Shown here piece after piece: positions 1 to 9,437 of a stretch of DNA of 64,000 bases. Within the stretch, counting starts at the first letter, position 1, and the number at the start of each line of letters is the position of its first letter. The position numbers and the translations under genes were made by a program. Source of the DNA: Deltaproteobacteria bacterium (GTDB lineage: Bacteria; Bdellovibrionota_C; UBA2361; J135); the NCBI GenBank assembly GCA_020635175.1, contig JACKAH010000001.1, forward strand, positions 6,088 to 70,087, given 5' to 3'. The notes under the pieces were generated by a model, which was not told the origin of the DNA, searched no databases, and worked only from the letters and a program-made list of their open reading frames with translations.

Positions 1-233
1 ACGATCAGGTTGCACTGACTATAACCGAGTTTAAGATCTTGCATCTTTTAGCACGAAAGCCTGGGTGGGTTTTTAATAGAGATCAGATAGTTGATTCTGT
101 ACATGGTGAGAACTACGCAGTGACTGATAGATCAGTTGATGTTCAGATTACCGGCCTTAGAAAAAAATTAGGAGTCTCCTCTGCTCTAATTGAAACTGTA
201 CGTGGAGTTGGATACAGATTTAAAGAGCTATAG
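1..233 (+). CDS. OmpR/PhoB-family response regulator, C-terminal winged-helix DNA-binding domain (5' truncated at window edge; reading frame begins at position 3)
   Basis: Translation from position 3 gives DQVALTITEFKILHLLARKPGWVFNRDQIVDSVHG...VRGVGYRF, a typical OmpR-family trans_reg_C domain. It ends 3 nt before the next gene. Confidence 0.75.
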   Translation, partial: DQVALTITEFKILHLLARKPGWVFNRDQIVDSVHGENYAVTDRSVDVQITGLRKKLGVSSALIETVRGVGYRFKEL

Positions 234-235
234 AG

Positions 236-1492
236 ATGTCAGCTAAGAGTAAGCTCTATTCATTCTTTCCCTCCTTATTAACTGATGAGCAGGGCAATGA
301 GCTTGAAGCTATTGAGCAGGGCCTCGATAGAGTCACCCAAGGTGAACTTTCTTATCGATTTCCAAAAGGTAGAACCAAAGAGTTTCGAAGATTGACGGAT
401 CGTTTAAACACGATGCTGGAGCGTCTGCAAGATCAGCTCGATGAAGTTTCTAAGCAAAAGAATGAACAGGAGACAATTTTAGCTAGTATGCTGGAAGGGG
501 TAATGGCCGTTGATACTGAGCATAAGATAATCTTATGTAATGATGCTATTGGTCAGCTCTTGTCAATTGATAAAACTCAAGTAACGGGGTTGAAAGTTTC
601 TGAAGTTATCAAAAATGCACAATTGCAAAGATTTATTACGCAAGTTTTAGAAGAAGAAAATGAAAATGAGCAAGAATTAAATCTGAGTGCTTCTGATAAT
701 AGAATAATTCAGGTTTACGGATGTCCAATTCCTCGCAGTGATTTTGAGTCGACAGCCGCGGTTTTTGTTATTAATGATATTACACGTGTTAGAAGGTTAG
801 AGAACGTAAGAAAAGATTTCGTTGCTAACGTTTCGCATGAACTAAAAACTCCTATTACATCCATAAAGGGTTTTGTTGAAACCTTGCTGAACGGTTCTAC
901 ACACACTGAGCAAGACAGAACTCGTTTTTTAGAGATCATTCTACGCCACGCAGATAGACTAAACGCAATCATTGAAGACCTCCTAATCTTAGCTCGTTTA
1001 GAAGATGGCGATGTCAAAGATAGGGGTGAGCTTGGACTCGAAGAGAAAAGTATTCATGAAGTGGTGCAATCTGCATTTGAACTTTGTGAATTCAAAGGCA
1101 AAACAAAGGAGATTCAGTTTGTTGAGGGCAAAGGAACTGAGATCTCGTTTCCAATGAATGTTTCGTTGTTTGAACAAGCCATATCTAACTTGCTTGAGAA
1201 TGCAGTTAAGTACAGTAATCCTGGTGGAATAGTAGAAGTAAGTGCTGAGAGTTCTAATGGTACCGTAACTGTTCATGTCAAAGATAATGGTGTTGGTATT
1301 GAGGAACATCACTTAAAGAGATTGTTCGAGCGTTTCTATCGTGTTGATAAGGCGCGAAGTCGCGACGTCGGAGGTACAGGACTTGGGCTTGCCATAGTGA
1401 AACACATCGTGCAACTACATAAGGGTTGGATCTCTGTGGATAGCACCCCTGGTAAAGGCACAACTTTTTCTTTACACTTTAGCAAAGTGTAA
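236..1492 (+). CDS. PAS-domain sensor histidine kinase (PhoR-like, cytoplasmic)
   Basis: H-box VANVSHELKTPITSIKGFVETL and a HATPase_c domain (DNGVGIEEHHLKRLFERFYRVD, GGTGLGLAIVKHIV). There is a PAS-like segment upstream and no TM segment. It is cotranscribed with the upstream response regulator. Confidence 0.8.
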   Translation: MSAKSKLYSFFPSLLTDEQGNELEAIEQGLDRVTQGELSYRFPKGRTKEFRRLTDRLNTMLERLQDQLDEVSKQKNEQETILASMLEGVMAVDTEHKIILCNDAIGQLLSIDKTQVTGLKVSEVIKNAQLQRFITQVLEEENENEQELNLSASDNRIIQVYGCPIPRSDFESTAAVFVINDITRVRRLENVRKDFVANVSHELKTPITSIKGFVETLLNGSTHTEQDRTRFLEIILRHADRLNAIIEDLLILARLEDGDVKDRGELGLEEKSIHEVVQSAFELCEFKGKTKEIQFVEGKGTEISFPMNVSLFEQAISNLLENAVKYSNPGGIVEVSAESSNGTVTVHVKDNGVGIEEHHLKRLFERFYRVDKARSRDVGGTGLGLAIVKHIVQLHKGWISVDSTPGKGTTFSLHFSKV

Positions 1493-1502
1493 AGAGTAAC
1501 TA

Positions 1503-2162
1503 ATGACATCATTTGAAATCGAACTTAAATATTTCCTAACTCTGGATAGAGCTAAAGCTGTCTTAGCTCAAAATAATCATATTACAAAAAATTTAGAGCA
1601 GTCATTTTTTAAGAAAAGCGAGTTAGTACAGATCTATGAGCAGTGTTTTACTGTAAACGAAAGAAGTCTGTTAATTGATCAATGCACAGCTGGAAGGGTG
1701 CGCAAAGAGATCTTTAATCAACGTGTTTCTTATTGTGTCACGTTTAAAGGGCCAAAGGATAAAGACCTTAATCGAATCGAATTAGAGAAAAGTATTTCAG
1801 AAGAACTCTATCAGCAGCTATTAAAACATGAGCTGCGAGGAACGATTGCAAAAGACAGGCATGTTGTTGCTGGAAGCCTTGAGCTTGATAGCGGAGAGGT
1901 CATTGACTTAAAAGCTGAGATAGATCTAGTAACCAGCCTTAAACTACCATTTGCTACAGTCGATGTAGAGCTGCCAGATACTCAGTATATCTACCCATTT
2001 CGTGAGAAAAAACACTCATTTGATTTTCTAAAAGAAGACGCTTTGGAGTTATCTATTCAGGATAAAAAACTACGAAGTTTTCTTAATATGAAGCACCTCG
2101 CTCGTTATGGATACGACCAAGATGCTCAAAATGCAGCAGCTTATTTTTTGGCAAGATTGTAA
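1503..2162 (+). CDS. CYTH-domain protein (CyaB / thiamine-triphosphatase-like fold)
   Basis: The N-terminus FEIELKYFL resembles the CYTH signature EIE[RK]KF. Its length is about 220 aa. Confidence 0.4.
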   Translation: MTSFEIELKYFLTLDRAKAVLAQNNHITKNLEQSFFKKSELVQIYEQCFTVNERSLLIDQCTAGRVRKEIFNQRVSYCVTFKGPKDKDLNRIELEKSISEELYQQLLKHELRGTIAKDRHVVAGSLELDSGEVIDLKAEIDLVTSLKLPFATVDVELPDTQYIYPFREKKHSFDFLKEDALELSIQDKKLRSFLNMKHLARYGYDQDAQNAAAYFLARL

Positions 2163-2311
2163 GTCCTTATAAACTATGCACGCTGTGCAGCTGCTTGTGT
2201 ATTCCATTACACAATTTTCACTTCATACTTAAATAAATCTTGCGTCATTTCATTAAGTTATAGTTTTTTCCCCCGTTAAATATAAGGAGAATAATTTTTG
2301 CATAGATCAAC

Positions 2312-2788
2312 TTGTGGGGAGATGTATTTTTGCAAATAAAGATGGAAGAGAACAGCAGCTTGGAAAGAGGATTTAGCATCATTGAATTACTGGTAACGAT
2401 TAGCATCATGCTGGTGTTAATGGCAGTTACTTTTCCTCATCTCGGAAGCTTTTCTTCCCAGATGCAAGCAAGTGATGATGTTCGAAAGCTAGCTTACGCA
2501 TTAAGCGAACTTAGAGCCGAAGCAATTCGCTTAAAGACGAACGTACGAATCATGTTTGATGATGAAGGTTATAGTTGGGATATCGATGATAACGATAACT
2601 TAAGTCCAGATGGGTCAATAGCTCTGCACAAGAACTCATCATGGGGTGGTCAAGCATTGCCTTCTGATATAGTTTTTAATGGTCTTGGTATCGCACGTGG
2701 TATAGGCACCGAAACAGAGATCTCTATCAAGAATTCTGACACAGAGGTTGCCTTGACACTTAATACTAATGGATTTATCGGCATATGA
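2312..2788 (+). CDS. Type IV pilus minor pilin / pseudopilin (FimT/FimU, GspH-like)
   Basis: Prepilin-type N-terminus GFSIIELLVTISIMLVLMAVTFP (G/F-x-x-x-E) followed by a GspH-like segment. The real start may be the internal Met at 2342. Confidence 0.6.
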   Translation: MWGDVFLQIKMEENSSLERGFSIIELLVTISIMLVLMAVTFPHLGSFSSQMQASDDVRKLAYALSELRAEAIRLKTNVRIMFDDEGYSWDIDDNDNLSPDGSIALHKNSSWGGQALPSDIVFNGLGIARGIGTETEISIKNSDTEVALTLNTNGFIGI

Positions 2789-3237
2789 TTAAGTCATTAC
2801 ATAGCCGTTCAGACAGTGGAATAGGTTTGATAGAGAACCTAGTCTCAATTGCGATGATGTCAATAATCATCGCATCTGCTAGCGCTACGATGATTATGTC
2901 GTTTAATAGTAATGATTCGGTTCAGACTTACTCCTCTGTTGTTTCTGACGTTCAAGCTATTATTGATGATTATCGCAACGCTCAATATACAGAGCTGCTT
3001 GATAAGTTCGGAGGACTTTACACTGATATTTTAGATGGAGAATCTACCACTGTAAATTCAAGTTCTTCAGACTCTAAAGCTGACTATCAAACAATACTAA
3101 CAGCGATAAAGCGTTCAGCTAACTCAGTGCCAGATGCTCTAAAAGTAACAATTGTTGTTACTCATAGAAGGGGAACGCTTGGTGATGGAACCTATCGCTT
3201 CGAAACAGTTATTGCTCAGAGAGGTGTTGCCTCATGA
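2785..3237 (+). CDS. Type IV pilus minor pilin PilV-like
   Basis: Prepilin-like N-terminus GIGLIENLVSIAMMSIIIASASA. The gene overlaps its neighbours in an operon. Confidence 0.5.
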   Translation: MIKSLHSRSDSGIGLIENLVSIAMMSIIIASASATMIMSFNSNDSVQTYSSVVSDVQAIIDDYRNAQYTELLDKFGGLYTDILDGESTTVNSSSSDSKADYQTILTAIKRSANSVPDALKVTIVVTHRRGTLGDGTYRFETVIAQRGVAS

Positions 3238-3854
3238 GATCTGAGCGAATTAACAGAGAGTTTGGTTATAGTTTAGTCGAGCTTATAGTAAGCTTGATGC
3301 TTTTCTCTGTTCTCATCTTCGGGATGACTACATATTCTGATACTACTTTACGTGATCTAGGGCTAGAGAATAGAACCGCTGATGCGGTCAGAGAGGTTAG
3401 AAATACAGTATCCGTTATGAGTTCTGAGCTTCGTATGGGCTCAAATATTTCACCATACCTTCCAGGAAACGATCCAAGTTTGGTAAGCTGTTCATCTCAA
3501 CTTACAGCTTCCTCTACTACAATTAGATTTTTAGTCGTGCATGATGATGTAAGTGCAACCTCTGGAATTCAACCGTACTACGTTGGGTATATGTATGACG
3601 CTGCTACTCGTCGTTTGCTGCGCGGAGAAGTCCAAGGGTTATCAACTACAAGTTGCACGCTTCCAAGCGATGATCCTTTATCAGGATCGAATGCAAGAGT
3701 GATTGCAGAGAAAGTTGTGCAGGTTGGTGCTCAGCCAGTTTTTTCATTAAATGGTTCGATTTTAACGGTTACCTTTGGTGTAGAAGTGGATGGTGGAGCT
3801 GGATTGTCAAAGACGCAGAACTTCTCAACTAGAGTTTTTGTTAGAGGTATTTAA
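3234..3854 (+). CDS. Type IV pilus minor pilin PilW-like
   Basis: Prepilin N-terminus EFGYSLVELIVSLMLFSVLIF. Stop and start overlap in the operon. Confidence 0.5.
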   Translation: MRSERINREFGYSLVELIVSLMLFSVLIFGMTTYSDTTLRDLGLENRTADAVREVRNTVSVMSSELRMGSNISPYLPGNDPSLVSCSSQLTASSTTIRFLVVHDDVSATSGIQPYYVGYMYDAATRRLLRGEVQGLSTTSCTLPSDDPLSGSNARVIAEKVVQVGAQPVFSLNGSILTVTFGVEVDGGAGLSKTQNFSTRVFVRGI

Positions 3855-3859
3855 CTTAG

Positions 3860-4540
3860 ATGAAGAGTAGTCGTAAAATATACTTTTCAGAATCAGGAAT
3901 TACACTTCCTATTGCCCTCTTGCTTCTATTGATAGTTAGCGCTGCCTCTGCTTTAATCTCAAACACTTCAACTCAAAATTTTCAGGAGATGAAAGCAACA
4001 GAGGCAATTCACGATGGTTTTTATGTGGCAGAAGGTGCTCTTGAGGATTTGATCTCTCAATTATCTGCTGCGCCTGAAATTTGGAGAGATATGGCAATCC
4101 TGCCAGGCGTGCCAAATGGCTATACTAAGTATTCTCCAATTACATATACATCAACAAATGGAATCCCTGATTGTACCGGCATTGCATGTCATAGAGAGAT
4201 GTATCCTATCGGTGGAGGTGTTTTAAAGAATTTCGGACCAAAAGGCGCCGAGGGTAGTGAAATAGATGTTAATTTTTCGATCACCTCGCAACTTGATCCT
4301 GCTGATACACCAACAGCAGATATCACTTTGAATAATAGAAGCGCTTGGACTCAAATTGAAAGACTTGATGAAACTAAGCCTAGTAGCAGTACGCTTGGTA
4401 TGAGTTTAGAGAACAACAACTTGCAAGGTTCATCAGGAGCTTCTATTAGATTTAGGATTACAGCTGTAGCGCTAAGACAGCTTAAAAATAGAATTGGAAC
4501 TTCAACAGTTACGGCAGTTGTGGAGATGCCACCGGCATAA
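3860..4540 (+). CDS. PilX-like minor pilin / pilus assembly protein
   Basis: Hydrophobic N-terminus MKSSRKIYFSESGITLPIALLLLLIVSAASALI. It sits in the pilW-pilY1 position. Confidence 0.45.
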   Translation: MKSSRKIYFSESGITLPIALLLLLIVSAASALISNTSTQNFQEMKATEAIHDGFYVAEGALEDLISQLSAAPEIWRDMAILPGVPNGYTKYSPITYTSTNGIPDCTGIACHREMYPIGGGVLKNFGPKGAEGSEIDVNFSITSQLDPADTPTADITLNNRSAWTQIERLDETKPSSSTLGMSLENNNLQGSSGASIRFRITAVALRQLKNRIGTSTVTAVVEMPPA

Positions 4541-4547
4541 GATTTAT

Positions 4548-7500
4548 ATGAAAGAGCAGTTTAGCAAATTTTGTATAGCATTCTTTCTTGCAGCATTCGT
4601 CTTGCTGGTGCCAAAATTTGTATTTTGCGACAATCCTGAGATTCCTGTCCTGGTAAATCAAATTGCACTTGGTAAGACAATGTTCATTTTGGATGACTCA
4701 GGTTCAATGATCTCTGTTGTTGAGCATGAAGACTTTGACCCAACAAGTGCAGTTGCTACTAATTCTAATAACAAAATTCCGGCATTAATATTTAGAAATG
4801 AATCTGGCGGTTCTTCTCCTAGTTCAAATAATACCCTTCGTCCTGTCTTGATTGAATTTAACTACCTTTATAACAACGTACTTACTTCTATTAGGGGACA
4901 GGTAACAGGAAACCTTTTTGAGACAGGTACGTTAAGTAATGCCTCACAGATTGATTCTGTTAAGCATATGGGTTGTACAACAAGCAGTAATTATTGTTGT
5001 CCGTCTTATGGGAGTTGTAGTTACAGTAACGTTTTTGGAATTAACAATGCAGTTTGGTTTGAGAATAGTTCTACAAAAGGACCAAACGTCTTTCAAACTT
5101 CAAAGCTACATAAAGTAGGTGGTAACTATCAAACGGATTCAAATGGACATGAGTATCTCTACGTAAATGCCGATACAAATGACTTTTACGCCAATAATTA
5201 CACTTGGGGCAGTTATTGGCCAAAGTTTGATAGTGATGGTGACTTACTATCGTATTCAACAAGGATCTGGACTACTACCGGTGGAACAGTTCTTTTTAAC
5301 GATAAAGAGGTTTTCTTATCAGCGGGTTTTTATCGTCAGGAATACTTACGTTGGATTTTTTATGGTGCAACACAGGAGCAATTAAACAATCTGCCTGGCA
5401 CAAGTAGGATTCAGCTTGTAAAAGACGTAATGGAGCAACTCATTTTAAACAATCCTGATGTTGAGTTTGGAATTGCTACTTTAAACGGATCGAAGCTTCA
5501 CCCAGGACAGCATACTGGTTATCTAATAGATCAGTTTTATGAACCAGAAGGGGATGTTGATTACCATGAGTATGGAGTTATACGTTCGCCAATCGGTACG
5601 GATCCTGCCACAATTATAAGTCAACTTGACCTAATTGGTGCTGATGGTGGAACACCATTAGCTTATACTTATATTGAAACGATGCGCTATTTTGATGGTG
5701 CAACGGCAAATGACCCGAATTGTACAATCTGTAATTACACATCGCCAATTAATAGCGTCTGTGATGGTCACTTCGTTGTTCTATTAACTGATGGATTACC
5801 AACGAGTGAAAGTTCAAATACCTTTAGAGGGAACTACATTCAAGATTATGATGGTGATGGAGAGGACGGTGCAAACTCAAATTACAACTGTAACTCAAAC
5901 ACTTGTCATGAATTTTTAGATGATGCTGCCAAGTTAGCTTATGATACTGATTTTAGCGATCTAGGTGGAACTCAGAAGTTAATTTCATATGCTGTAGGTA
6001 TGGGGCTAGACTTTGACTTGTTGGATGATTTTGCTGTTAATGGAGGAACACAGACCTCACTATCTGCAACAACGGCTGCTCAAATTACAAACACTTTACA
6101 GCAGATAGTTTCAATGATTATTAACACACCAGTGTCAGGTGCAGGTGTTGCATTGGCTGAGGCGTTTGGTGAAACAGGTAAAGTTTATCGACCTAGATTT
6201 AGAGCTGATAACTGGACGGGTAATATCGATGTCTTTGAATATGTAAATGACGAATTAAGCCATCTTTTTGATATGGGTGATATCTTAGAGGCTCGCGATG
6301 TTACAAGCTCGCCGAGAACTATATTTGCCGGTTACGATCCTGATCATGATGGAAATACGAATCAAAGCATAGTTTTTCATACCGATTACGCAGCAAATTT
6401 AAAACCTGAACTTTTTGAACTTTTCTACTCAGGAGCTGAGCAGGTTTCAAATTTAGCAACTCCACTTCAGAATTACACAAACAACCAAGCTTCATACGAT
6501 CTAATTCGTTATATACATGGTATCGATCAAACTGGAATGCGAATTAGGGATAGCGATGCTGATAATAATGTTGAAAAACTTGGAGATATCGTTTATTCGC
6601 GACCAATTGAGGTTGGCCCTAAGAATGGACAGTATAATGATATGGAGGGCTATGCTGAGTTTGTTGCAAGCAAGTCGAGTGAACCGAGATTGCTTCTAGT
6701 TGGTGCCAATGATGGAATGATGCATGCCTTTAATTCACAGACTGGAGAAGAGGTTTGGGCTTATATTCCTTCAAGTCAGCTCAAGTATCTTGAGCGCTTG
6801 GCACGTCCTTTTTATAACGTAGAAGATAGAAGGTCTTTCGTAGATGCTGACGTGGTTGTTGAGGATGCCTATATTGGGGGACAGTGGAAAACACTTGCAA
6901 TGTTCGGACTTAGAACGGGAGGTTCTACTTATACTGTCTTAGATGTTACCGATCGTGAATCTCCAAGCTTGCTCTTTGAGATTAGTGAGCCAGCAAATTA
7001 TGGAGAATCTTGGACCACTCCTATCGTTGTTCCAGTAAATGGGCCTGCTAGTTCAAGTAATCCAGGTGATTATAGTTGGTATATGGTAGTCGGTACGGGA
7101 GAGAATAAGCCTACCCCCGGTAGTAATATAGTAGTCTATAACTTAAATAGCTCACTTCCAACTGGTACTGTTAAAACTCTCTCAGGCTCTGATCCAGCAG
7201 GAACAAGAACTGCAACGCCAGTTGCTGTACAAACAGATTCGGATCTCAATGCGGATAGAATATACGTTGGGACTGAAGAAGGCGATATGTATCGAATAAA
7301 CTTAGTCGCTGGTCCCGGTTCCTGGGTTGTTCAAAAGATGTATAACGGCTCAAGTACACAGCCGATCGTTGCCCCAGCTTCTACAGTCCTAGTTGAAAAT
7401 CCCGAATATAATTCTGGAGCAACAACTGGTATTGAAACAATTAAACTAGCTGTTGGCGTGTATTGGGGAACTGGACGCTATGATACTCAGAGTGACGTTG

Positions 7501-8330
7501 AAGAACTCGATGGAGTTACTCAGTCAATTATTGGAATGTTTGATCCGGTGAAAACAACAGGTGATGATTATCAATATGCTCTTACAAACCGAAGCAAATC
7601 TAGTTTAAAGAATCAAAGTGTTGATACTTTTGATGTGCTAAGAAAGAGTAGCGGAATTTACACTGTTCCGAATGAAGAGAATGGTTTTTATATTGATCTT
7701 GATACCAGCATCAACTTAACTACAGATGGATATATTGACCCTGTAGGAATGGTAATCGACTATGCTGTAAACGTCAGAGGCGCTTTATTGTTTACAACTT
7801 TCCTACCTAGCACTGGACAGTGTGACATTGGAGGTTATGGATTTTTGCAGGGAGTAAACTTTAGAACAGGAGGTGGTGTTATCGTTGACTATAGTGGAGA
7901 TGCTCCATTTTATAATGGTGGTATCTTTGATGCTGATGGCGACTTAGATTACGATGACGATGACCTAAGCTTAGTTTATGGAAAGCAGCTTCAAGCAGCA
8001 TTGGATGCTCATGTTGAATCTTATGACGATCAGCAGGTAAACCCATATATTCATGATGGTCTGTTAAAGCAAAATGACATTAGGCTTCATCAAAGTAATG
8101 GTGGGGTATTGCCATCTGTGTCATCCATAGGAAACACTGGTGCCCCGAGCTCACCAGCGATTTTACACAGCACAGGGCAGATAATTGTACAGCCAGCATA
8201 TCCAATTCCTCCAAGTAGCCAAGGAGGACAAACTCAATCTTCTGATGTGCCACCGCCAAATACATCAGAGATTAACATTTACAGTTTACCGTTGAGTAAA
8301 TTATCTTTCCATGAAACAACGGGACAATAA
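4548..8330 (+). CDS. pilY1: PilY1-like type IV pilus tip adhesin / biogenesis factor (vWA + beta-propeller)
   Basis: 1261 aa. Signal peptide MKEQFSKFCIAFFLAAFVLLVP. vWA MIDAS motif ILDDSGSM near the N-terminus. Large C-terminal domain with the Asp-rich Ca-binding-like stretch DADGDLDYDDDD. It lies downstream of the minor pilins. The 4494 start in the ORF track overlaps pilX, so the internal Met at 4548 is preferred. Confidence 0.75.
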   Translation: MKEQFSKFCIAFFLAAFVLLVPKFVFCDNPEIPVLVNQIALGKTMFILDDSGSMISVVEHEDFDPTSAVATNSNNKIPALIFRNESGGSSPSSNNTLRPVLIEFNYLYNNVLTSIRGQVTGNLFETGTLSNASQIDSVKHMGCTTSSNYCCPSYGSCSYSNVFGINNAVWFENSSTKGPNVFQTSKLHKVGGNYQTDSNGHEYLYVNADTNDFYANNYTWGSYWPKFDSDGDLLSYSTRIWTTTGGTVLFNDKEVFLSAGFYRQEYLRWIFYGATQEQLNNLPGTSRIQLVKDVMEQLILNNPDVEFGIATLNGSKLHPGQHTGYLIDQFYEPEGDVDYHEYGVIRSPIGTDPATIISQLDLIGADGGTPLAYTYIETMRYFDGATANDPNCTICNYTSPINSVCDGHFVVLLTDGLPTSESSNTFRGNYIQDYDGDGEDGANSNYNCNSNTCHEFLDDAAKLAYDTDFSDLGGTQKLISYAVGMGLDFDLLDDFAVNGGTQTSLSATTAAQITNTLQQIVSMIINTPVSGAGVALAEAFGETGKVYRPRFRADNWTGNIDVFEYVNDELSHLFDMGDILEARDVTSSPRTIFAGYDPDHDGNTNQSIVFHTDYAANLKPELFELFYSGAEQVSNLATPLQNYTNNQASYDLIRYIHGIDQTGMRIRDSDADNNVEKLGDIVYSRPIEVGPKNGQYNDMEGYAEFVASKSSEPRLLLVGANDGMMHAFNSQTGEEVWAYIPSSQLKYLERLARPFYNVEDRRSFVDADVVVEDAYIGGQWKTLAMFGLRTGGSTYTVLDVTDRESPSLLFEISEPANYGESWTTPIVVPVNGPASSSNPGDYSWYMVVGTGENKPTPGSNIVVYNLNSSLPTGTVKTLSGSDPAGTRTATPVAVQTDSDLNADRIYVGTEEGDMYRINLVAGPGSWVVQKMYNGSSTQPIVAPASTVLVENPEYNSGATTGIETIKLAVGVYWGTGRYDTQSDVEELDGVTQSIIGMFDPVKTTGDDYQYALTNRSKSSLKNQSVDTFDVLRKSSGIYTVPNEENGFYIDLDTSINLTTDGYIDPVGMVIDYAVNVRGALLFTTFLPSTGQCDIGGYGFLQGVNFRTGGGVIVDYSGDAPFYNGGIFDADGDLDYDDDDLSLVYGKQLQAALDAHVESYDDQQVNPYIHDGLLKQNDIRLHQSNGGVLPSVSSIGNTGAPSSPAILHSTGQIIVQPAYPIPPSSQGGQTQSSDVPPPNTSEINIYSLPLSKLSFHETTGQ

Positions 8331-8331
8331 T

Positions 8332-8757
8332 ATGATGAAACAATTAACCCTTTTAATTTGCTTTGTTACTCTTGCGATAGTGAATGTTTATGCGCAGGAA
8401 GCGGGCCCCTCTAATATAAAGGATCAAGCAGTGCAGATTCGAAGTGGTATCCTTGGCGGACCACCACAGTTTATCTTAATCGGAAAAATAGAGACGGGTA
8501 AAAACGAAGCATTTGCAATTAATGGACAAGATTTTAAAGTCAATGACAAAACTCGCATTACAGGAGTTTTAGAGAAGGGTGCACAGGCTCGTGCGCAGGG
8601 TGAAAGATTAGGCTCTACTTTTCTAGCCAAAACAGTTGTTATCTCAGATGGTGAACAGCAAGATATTAAGAAGCCCGACTTTACAGATCCGAAAGACTTC
8701 GGTGAGGAGACGCGTTCTCCAGGAATCTTGCCAGGTCAGACTGAATTACCACGTTGA
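8332..8757 (+). CDS. Small secreted protein of unknown function (PilY2-position ORF)
   Basis: Sec signal peptide MMKQLTLLICFVTLAIVNVYAQEA. It has no prepilin motif, so it is not a PilE-type pilin. Confidence 0.4.
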   Translation: MMKQLTLLICFVTLAIVNVYAQEAGPSNIKDQAVQIRSGILGGPPQFILIGKIETGKNEAFAINGQDFKVNDKTRITGVLEKGAQARAQGERLGSTFLAKTVVISDGEQQDIKKPDFTDPKDFGEETRSPGILPGQTELPR

Positions 8758-8780
8758 TTTATATCCTGAATTTTACTTAG

Positions 8781-8975
8781 AGAGTTCTTTCCGGGGGCTC
8801 AAACGACCTGTCATTGCGAAGGAGCGATAGCGACTGTGGCAATCTGTTTGTAATTCCATATTGTAGGGATTACCACGTCCTACCTGCACTACGTGCATGT
8901 AGTCCTCGTAATGACAGATTGTATACCTCCCTCGGTAAGGACCCACTAAGGAAAACTCTAAGCTCATTACGGATG
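8781..8975 (+). repeat. Copy 1 of a ~190-nt structured non-coding element (candidate ncRNA or MITE)
   Basis: Long-range stem cctgtcattgcgaagg (8808-8823) pairs with cctcgtaatgacag (8904-8917). Internal hairpins gtagg...cctac and tgcac-tac-gtgca. Nearly identical to copy 2, which lies 300 bp downstream. Confidence 0.6.
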
Positions 8976-9080
8976 ATGCTCCCCAGTAGAAAACCAGCTT
9001 TCAGAGCTCTAATAGCTAAAGCCTCTTAGATTACTACATCCAATATTTATCTAGATAACTAGCTACCTAGTGTTTTCGAA

Positions 9081-9275
9081 GTGGGTTCTTTACCGAGGAC
9101 TCAAACAACCTGTCATTGCGAAGGAGCGATAGCAAAGCGAAAGCGACTGTGGCAATCTGTACGTCTTGCCATATTGTAGAGATTACCACGTCCTACCTGC
9201 ACTACGTGCATATAGTCCTCGTAATGACAGAACATAAGCCTCTCCTCAAGGACCCACTAAGGAAAACTCAGTACG
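9081..9275 (+). repeat. Copy 2 of the same structured element
   Basis: Same stems (9109-9124 with 9217-9230) and the same conserved tail aaggacccactaaggaaaactc. Carries a 14-nt insertion, aaagcgaaagcgac, that is absent from copy 1. Confidence 0.6.
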
Positions 9276-9437
9276 TGTAATGTTCAAATGCTCCAGCTTT
9301 CTGTCTGAACTTGCTTGATTTTTAAAGGGTTATAGCCCTCTGTTTTGAGCTATCATGCCATCTATGCTTTTTTTATTGAGTTTAAGGCGCTTACACTGTA
9401 ATCAGATGTTAGATCTATTTAACTAAAGGAGCCTTCT

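Noticed and set aside
715-1463. Antisense ORFs inside the histidine kinase gene (715..1017 -, 998..1312 -, 1278..1463 -), and similar antisense ORFs inside uvrA, clpB, ccmF and pilB
   Set aside because: They are embedded opposite well-supported genes and have no independent signals.
2163-2311. Possible sigma-54 promoter or terminator at tatgcacgctgtgcagctgc upstream of the minor-pilin operon
   Set aside because: The GG of the -24 element is missing and the spacing to a TTGC-like element is off by one. The palindromes are only 4 bp.
8636-9029. ORFs 8636..8830, 8773..8967 and 8814..9029
   Set aside because: They lie inside the structured tandem repeat. They have no RBS, overlap each other, and the repeats differ by an indel that would break any shared frame.
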